From IMG/VR virus record IMGVR_UViG_3300045919_000118, positions 966 through 64,965 of that record: a stretch of DNA of 64,000 bases. The stretch is one strand, 5' to 3'. Position numbers and translations under genes: made by a program. The DNA comes from a virus. Lineage: Duplodnaviria > Caudoviricetes. Positions 19,853 through 28,800 of this stretch are shown piece after piece; within the stretch, counting starts at the first letter, position 1, and the number at the start of each line of letters is the position of its first letter. The notes beneath the pieces are model-generated. The model made no database searches. It saw only the letters and a program-made list of their open reading frames with translations, and was not told the DNA's origin.

Positions 19853-22800
19853 ATGGCGAATCCTTGGGAGTTCAACTGGGGCACGGACGACGATCAGGCT
19901 CCGGCGCAGCAGCCTGTAGCGAAGCCGCAGGCAGCTTCCCCCTGGACGATGAACTGGAACTGGAACCGCGCCGAGCAGTCGGCTGCGTCCCAGGACTATC
20001 GTCGCATCAACCCGATGCGGACCATCGGCCAGTCGGATGTCGCCAACAACCTGATCAACGAAGAGTACCAGGCACCCGAGCTCTTGCACGAGGACGAGGC
20101 CACCCAGGACTTCGTGAGGCCTGAAGGCGAGCTCTTCCACGCGCGCTCTTTCGTTCCAGGCGCGGTGCCATCTCAGGGCAAGCCGTTGGCGCTGGAGGAG
20201 CCTGACTGGTTCCATGCGACCGCTGTCCAGACCGGCAAGGGCGTGGGCGACATGGCCGCGACCGTGGCAACTGGGGTCGACGGCACTCCGGCAAACCTGC
20301 GTCGGCTCCCGCTGGACAAGACCGATGACGGTATCAACGTGGCGGACGACACTTGGAGCCTTACCGCTAAGAAGATCACCGCGCGCGCGATGCGTATGGC
20401 TCCGATGGCTCTTGAAGTGATGGCTGGCGCGATGATGGGCACTGGCCCGACGGCGGCGCTCAGCACGGCCGTTGAAGGCGGCGCTGGCGGTGCGATGGTT
20501 GGCACCTGGTTGCAGTCCGCAGGCCCGAAGTTCCAGGCAGCCCTGCTGAAGTACCCTGGGGACCCGGAGCGCGCCTGGCAGGAAGCCGGGAATGCAGCCC
20601 TGATCGACACGGGGTTCGCAGGCGCTGGCGGCCTTCTGATGGGTGCCAACCTGTTTTCCCACGAGATCGCGAACACTGTCTTCCAGATGTTCGGCCTGCA
20701 ACCGCTCGTTGGCATGGCCAACATGCGGGCCAACGAGATGTACACTGGCGACTATTCCGACCAGGCTTGGTATGACCGCTACCTCGAAAATGCTGGCCCT
20801 GGCGTCCTCCAGACGGGCGCTGAGAGGATTGGCGCGCACATAGGTCTCGGTAGCCACGAGCCAGGCTCCGGCCTTCCTGGAGGTCCTGACGGCCGTGGCG
20901 GGGCTGGCGGAGACGACCATTTCATCCACACCATCCCCGAGGCGCTCCGGTCTGAGGACATCGCGGCGAGCAACCGCAGGCCTGCGTCCGACTACGCTTA
21001 CCTGGACCGCAACGACCCGAACTATGAGCCGCGCGCCCCGCGCCGGTCGGACGGCGACAACGTCACCCCCCTCCGCTACCAGAAGGCGGACGAGGAGCCG
21101 GTCGACACCAGGCTGCGCGACATCAACGAGCAGCTCCCGCTCAAGTCGCGCGAGGTGTTCGACAACCTGAAGCTCACCAAGGCCCCCATGTCGGACTGGC
21201 ATGGCGTCATGCTGAACAAGGGCGTGAAGCCGGAGGAGCTGAAGGACCTGGGGCTCACGAACGAACTCCAGAAGGACCCGAAGAAGTCCTGGTCTCGCGC
21301 GGACATTGACGCGCTCATGAAGCGCAACACGCCGGTCTTCAAGGAGCACCTGTACTCGGCGGCCAAGCACGACGAGAAGCGCTACAGCCTGCATTCGGAT
21401 TCGTATGACAGCAACGGCGACCCAAATGGCCCGCTGTACTGGTACGAGCCGCGCACGGGCGAGAGGATTGGGCAGTTCGCCACGCAAGACGAAGCGATGG
21501 CATCGATGCCGCCAGATGCTGTCTATGTGACCGACCCTAACGGGCAAGATCACATGGGTCCGCTCTCCGACGTCGGCTACTCCAAGTGGGACAAGTACAC
21601 GGGCCAGGAGCTCGTCTCCCCAGGCGTGAAGAACTACGAGGAGCGCGTCGTCCAGCAGAACAAGGAGCGCCCGCAGCTCAAGTCGCTGTCGGATTACATC
21701 AGCGAGAAGCTCGGCCCCAGCAGCCAGCACTACTGGTCTGCCATGTCGCAGGAGCAGAAAGAGGCGCTCCACAAGGAGTACGAGCGGGACGTCGTCAAGC
21801 CGTGGCAGGACTCAGTCGGCGAGCACCAGGCCAGCCGCTGGAACATCGGCGACACGCCTGGTGACCACTTCGGCATCACGAACTCCGTGTACCACAATCG
21901 CTATGGCACGCTGGAGTTCGAGGACGGCGTTGTCGCGCACCACGACGACGAGACGCAGTCCGACACGATCCAGAAGGGACGAACGCAGGGGTTCCGTGAG
22001 GAGTCGAAGACCTCCATTCGTAATCGCGCGGACGAAGTCCAGCAGGAGTTCGCGAAGAAGCACTCGGAATGGCGCACCATCCTCGATAAGTACGCCGGGC
22101 TCGTAGAGAAGCTGGTGGGGGTCGCCCCCGCCACCCCCAGCGGGCGTAATCAGGTCCAGGTCAGAGCCAAGCACCTCCAGGAGCTGTCTGAGCTGAGACC
22201 AGAAGAGGCCGCCAAGCTCGGCTACTCGCCATACGACCAGGAGCTTGCAGGTCGAGACGCTGTCGAGGTCAATCGTCTGCAAGATGAGTGGCGGGCTCTC
22301 GACCAGAAGCGCATCGAGATCGACAGTCAGGTCAACCTGATGCCCATCGTTCCGCATCTGGATTCCTGGTCCAAGGTGTCGCTGAAGCGCATGATCCAGG
22401 TCGCGCTGTCCAAGGGTCTCCGCCACATTTCATGGACGACTGGAGAGCAGCAGGCCAGGCGCTACGGGCTGGAGAACAAGATCAACCAGATCAGTTTCCG
22501 CCCCGCTGACCGCACCAACCCGAACGGCGACAAAATCCACTGGACGGCCATCGATAAAGATGGCGACACGCCGATCCATAACCGGGAGTCGACGTTCAGC
22601 GACCTCGCCGATCACGTCGGCTCCGAGCTTGCCAAGAAAATCTGGGAGAAGTCGAAGACGTGGGACCCGGATGGCAACCAGCAGACCTGGCAGATATTCC
22701 ATCCTGAAGACCTGAAGATGGGTGGCGAGTTCCACAAGAAGCTCTACGACAAGAAGAAGGTCGAGTGGGCCAAGGAGCTCGGCAAGCCATTCGGGTTCAA

Positions 22801-25800
22801 GCCGGAGCTGAAGTCCGCGCCATACGAGGACTCGGATCAGCCGAAGATGTTTCGCCACTTCGCCGTCGGCGACGAGGGGTGGAACAAGGTCCGCACTGCC
22901 CTCAAGGATTACCTGACCAAGGTGCAGCCTGGCTCGTGGGGCTTGACCGAAGCGGCGCTGCGGACCCACCAGGAAATGGAGCAGATGGAGAACCAGGGGC
23001 GCGGGACGTCTGCTGACCTGGTTGACTACATCGATCACGAGTTCTCTCACAACGAGCGGGACAAGCTCTACTTCATGTTGTGGAACAAGGTCCCTGACAT
23101 GATTGGCGCTGGCCGCAAGGTCGCGATTGACCACGAGCTTGGCAGCGACGCGCGCCGCCAGATGCTGGCCGCCATTGAGCAGCTCAAGCAGAAAATCAAT
23201 GCGAGAGAGCGCAACCACCTCAATCGCGGCTGGTTCAATGACAACCCAACTTTGGGTGCCCAGGTCCTCGACGATCTCGCGTTCACGACGCAGACGCCAA
23301 GCAGGAACCTGCCAGGGTACTTCGACGGCCTGCGGGAGAAGCTGGGCTCGGCAGACGAAGTCAAAAGGCTTATGCGTGCGATCCAGCATGAGCAGCGCGA
23401 GATGTTCGGCGAGAGCGCCAAGCCGCTCTTTGAAATGTCGACCGGTCCACTGGTCAAACCGCGCCAGATGTGGCGCATGGAAATCACCCCGAAGATGGGG
23501 AAGCAGTTCCGCTACCAGATCGCGAAGGACGAGGAAGAGGCTCGCCCTGGCACGCTGGCTGTGGTGCACAACATCTCGGCTGATGCTCTGATCCACGCTG
23601 ACCGCATGGGTGGCCTCCCGGCCCCGTCGATTGGCATCGTGAATGCAGAGCATGGCATGGCTGGCTACGGTGAAATTTCTCTGCTGGGTCATGCCGACCT
23701 GATCAACCCGGAGCGGTCGTCGCACAACAAGGTCTACAGCAACGACATCTATTCGGCACGTTACCCGAAAACGGGTGGGCGGATGGATATGTCAAAGATT
23801 CCGATGCTGAAGGAGATGCTCGCGGACGAAATACAGCGGTCAGGTCATCTCAGGGGGCCGCATCCAGGCGACTTCGGCCAGGATGGCATGTCGCGACATC
23901 TTGAGAACCTGCACCCGGTCATCATGAAGTTTGCCAGGGAGCACGGCATCATCGGGCCTGATGAAAACATCATGTCCGTGCACAACCAGGCCGGTCCGAC
24001 TCCGAAGGGCGATGTCCGCACACAGGCGGAGGCCAGGACAAAGGAGGTAACGGCTCAGGTCAAGAAGCGCGGTGGGTTCAAGACGTGGATCGACAGGACA
24101 TTCCGGCCGCTGTTCAAAGAGGAGGTAATCCAAGGACCGGACGGAGATGTGCCGCACACGATGCAAAACCTGATGACGCTGATGGCGTCATTTGACGACC
24201 CACGCGCCAAGCATGAGTTTTCCAGTGTCGGCCGCGTGCGAGCGGCGCAGGCCAGGCAATTCAAGACCCTGGATGAGATCAGGGGAGCGTCCGACCGGCT
24301 GGCCCCCAAACACACCTATGAGGATAGGTTCCAAAAAGCTGGAGCGCTGTACAACGAGGTGGCATCGAGCCTGGCTGACAAGGTGCCGGAGGACATCAAG
24401 GCGCAACGGGGCAAGGTGTTCGGGTCCAAGTACCAGGGTGCACCCCTGATGATGGCGAACCACGCTTTGGTGGAAGCGGCCCGCAGCGGTGATGTCGCCG
24501 GGGAAATCCGTCGCTACATCCCCGACGCGACGGATGAGGACATCGCCAAGGCTGTCGACATGATGCGTCAGTTGAGCGACCTGCCGACTCCGTACTTTGA
24601 AGCAAAGATTATGCGGCCCGTGGGGGTCGACGAGTTCAGCGCAGCGGTGGTTCCCTCCAACCTCAGAGAGGATGCCGCAGCGGTCCTGGACAAGAACCAG
24701 GTGGCAGAGCGCATCATCTACCAGCACTCGGATGACCCGCAGCAGAACGAGCTCAATCGCAACAGGGCAATCGCCGAGTACAAGAAGCTGCGGCTCCAGC
24801 GGACCGAGGGTGGAGAGCTTACCGGCAACATGGACGACCTGCGGAAGGTCTCGCTGACGAAGGAGCGGGCAGCCAAGGACGCCCCGCTCATGAAAGCGAT
24901 CATCGAGGAAATGCAGCGCATCGCGCCAGGGGTCAAGGTGGCTTTCGTCGAACGCCTGCTGACCCGCGGCGCGGATGGCAGCATGGGTACGCTCGGCGGC
25001 GTAAACTTCGGCGACATGGCCATCGTGGCGCTCCGCAACAAGGATGCGATGGGGTCGGGCAGGCACGAGAGTGGCCACGTCGTCGTCGACTTCTTCAAGG
25101 GCCTGGGCATCTTCAAGCCGCACGAGTGGGAAGCCCTCACGCGCTACGCCAAGGAGAAGCTGTTCAAAAAACACGAGAAGTTCCTGAGTTACTACGAGAA
25201 GTTTGGCCCCGACGTGATGATGTCGGAAGCCATCGTCCAGGAGCTCGGGGTCGGCCGCCCGACGAAGTTCAAGGGCTACCCGCCGATCATCCGCAAGATG
25301 CTCTACCGCATGGACGGAGTCCTGAAGGCGATCCGCGTCGGCGTTCACCGCGTCCTGGGCAAGAAGGTCAAGGGCGAGGACGTCATGGCCATGCTGGACG
25401 CCGGTCACATCGGTGCCCGCGCCAAGCCGCTGCTGAAGAAGCTCGGCGCGACGGCGACCACGGACTACGGCCTGGCGACGGACCCATCCGGCAAGGTGCA
25501 CTACCAGGTCACGCCGGAGAGCAAGCTCGACAACATCTTCGACAGCGCCCTCGACATCGCCTTGGGGTCAACCAAGCTCACCAGGGGGCACGGAGCCCAG
25601 TGGCGGGCCGAGCTCATCAAGCAGGGTGTGAAGCCGGAGGAGCTGCGCGACACCGGCCTGGAGCACCTGTTCACCGAGTTCAAAGACAAGCCGCTGACCA
25701 AGGACCACGTCGTCAACCGGCGCGAGGACAACCGCACCGAGCTGCACGTCATCATCAAGGACGACGGCACGAAGCCGCTATCGCGGGCTGTTGCGGTGCG

Positions 25801-28800
25801 GCAAGAGGCCGACCCAACTGCCCCGGCGGCTCCGCGGGTGACCGACCATATTCCTGAGCCGCTGTCTGAGAGCGACCTGGAGAACTCCAGGTTCGAGGAC
25901 AAGGATGACGTCATGGAATACATCCGCGACTACCATGTGGACGACGAGGTCAACAACCGGTTGGAGGACTACGACAACTCCGACAACCCGCGCTATCGAT
26001 ACGAGCACCGCGAGTACGACAAGCCTACGTTCAGGATCGAGGAGCGTGACGGCAATGGGGAGTTTATAGATAATCACGGCGCGCATGACGACGAGAGCGA
26101 CGCTGAATGGGAGCTGAACCACGGCCGTGATGACGAGGTCTACTTCCACGGCAAGCCGCGCCAGATTGGTGGCCTGCTGACGCGCCTGATGGGAAAGGAC
26201 CCGACATGGGTCGTCGACATCCACCGGCATGCCAGGAACAGGAGTGGCCGGGCCGTCGACATTATGGGCAACGAGATCGATTTGGAGCACCCGTTCCCCG
26301 ATCAGCAGGATGAGTACCCGCTGTCGATCCCAGACGACGAGCACCGGCAAAAAAAGTACGACAATCACGACGTCCACGACGAGGCCTCCGGCTCAACCCC
26401 GGAAGAGGCCATCTCCAACGCGATGAAAATCATCCGCGACAAGTCCCGCACCTTCCACGTCACGGAGGAGCCGAACGAAGGATACCGCATCTACGACATC
26501 AAGGAAGACGAGTGGCACGAGGACAACAATCACTACTACGAGTCGGGAAACGCTGAGCGCGCGGCCGAGCGACTGAACGACCGGTGGGTCGAGGAGTGGA
26601 GCGAGCAGGCCTCTGAAGAGGTCAATGAGGAGCTCAACAATGACAAGGACTGGTGGGTTGACCGCGCCGTCGAGGTCATCGAGGACGAGATCGGCACGGA
26701 GCTGGATCATGACGACCTGGTGGAGGCTGTGCGCCACCACTGGTTCTCGCGTCGGCGGAACAACAACAACACGACCAGCGTCAGAGGCCCCACCAGCAAC
26801 ATCTCGTTCGGTGCCTACAACCTGAAGGGCGGAGGGTCATACAAGCGCGAGTACCTGCTGACGATCCCGTCGCTTCCATCGAAGATGAACCTGGCCCCGC
26901 CGGGGTCGACGGCCCTTGCGCTTCGAAACCCTGATCCAGACTTTGTCCGCGACCCCTCCCTCCCGGCACTGACCCCGCGAGAAATGCGGGTCAGGCCAAA
27001 TATCGGGCACGGACTGCCAACGCACTTCCATGACAATGGCAACCGCAATATCATGCAGCACTTCCGCGCGCAGGACTTTGAGGTCGAAGACGGCGGCAAG
27101 GCCATCGTGCTGGAGGAAGATCAGTCTGACCCGCACCAGGCAGCTCGCCAGGCAGCCAAGGCTCTTGCCAAGCTCCTGGGCGATCCCACGGCCACGGCCA
27201 CGGGCTACGGGCTTGAAGAGAAAGAAAAGGCGCGCACAGCGGTCGAGAACACCGAGACTCAGATCAACGCCCTCAATGCGAACGCTCGTCATTTGCGGGA
27301 CCTTCTGCATGACACCGTCAATCTCAACAAGGGCCTGAAGAACCTATACGACACGGACACCAGGGTGAGTGGCGACTGGGTCTATGGCGAATACGCCAAC
27401 TGGGCCCACGTCACCGATGCCTCTGAATATCTTGGGCAAGCGGCAAACAAGGTTCCCTCATATCTCAAGGGCGGTGTGGATTACCTGAAGGAGCAGCTCA
27501 AGAAGCTGCCGAACACCGGGGCTCTTCCGAACGCGACGAATGCCCTGGTGGAAGCGGAAGCGATCTCGCGCGCCGCGATCCGCATGCGGCGGAACAGCAA
27601 CAGGATCGACGAGGCGACATCCCAGCTCCGACAGGCACAAATCCAGCCCGACAGCCTTCCGCATAAAGACTCCTGGCCGATGCTCGCGCTCAAGGCGATC
27701 CTGCATGAGGCGATTGTGAACGGCTACGACTACGTCGGTATGCCAACGGGCGCGCAGCAGGTGGAGCGGTATCCTGGGGCCCTGCGGACCGCGATCAAGA
27801 AGCTGGTCTGGAAGGAGCGTCGCGACGGCAAGTTCGATCTCGAAATCGACATGGAGAAGGACCGGCAGAATCGCGCGAAGCACGTCCTGGAAGGGCTGAC
27901 CGAGCAGGACATCAAGAACAACCTTGGCGCGGCAGGCGCGAAGCAGATCGTCCAGGATCGCTATGGCCGGAACGACAAGTTCGAGCCAACAAACATGCAC
28001 GTCGCGTCGGGCGAGATCGGCGACGGCCGCCTGGAGATCAACAACCAGGGCATGATGAACTTCTACGACAAGACCGTTCAGAAGGACTCGAAGGCCTTCC
28101 TGGCGAAGATGGGCCTGAAGTGGGGGATGATCCGGGTTGTTAAGAACCCTGGCCAGGGGTGGCATGTCACTGCCCAGCACAAGTGGGATAACCCAACGCT
28201 GCCGCGACGCTCGGTTGACACCTTCCCGTCACGAGCTGCGGCCGAAGCCTATGCGGAAAGCGTGCGGCTGGAAGCTGAGCAGGTGAAGGCTCGCAATGAA
28301 GAGCCGACGTGGGCGGACGTGAAGGTTGAGCCGAACCCGTCTTCCTACCACGAAATCCACGGCATCAAGATCACGCCGGAGGCTCGCCAGGACTACCAGA
28401 CGGAGATCACGGACAAGACGGGCAAGGTGGTGAAGCCTGCCAACAAGATGCTGCGCTACCAGATCGCGGATGGCGAGACGGACTACGCCGCGCGCGTGGC
28501 AAGGGCGACGACCGAGACGCCTGAGTTCAAACGCTTCTTTGAAGGCAGCGTGGTCAAGACCCCTGACGGTCAGCCGCTCAAGCTGTACCGGGGGCAACGT
28601 CGCAACGCCCAAGAGGACAAGTTCGTCCTGACGAACAGGCGCGCGACGCCGTCCTTCACGCCTGACCCGGATGTGGCGAACGTCTACTCCAGGCAGTTGG
28701 ACACCAAGCAATACGGCCCTGGGTCGAACGTGCTCCCGACGTACCTGTCGATGAAGGCCCCTCTGGACCTGCGCGCACTTGGCGAGCACCCCTCGCTGGG

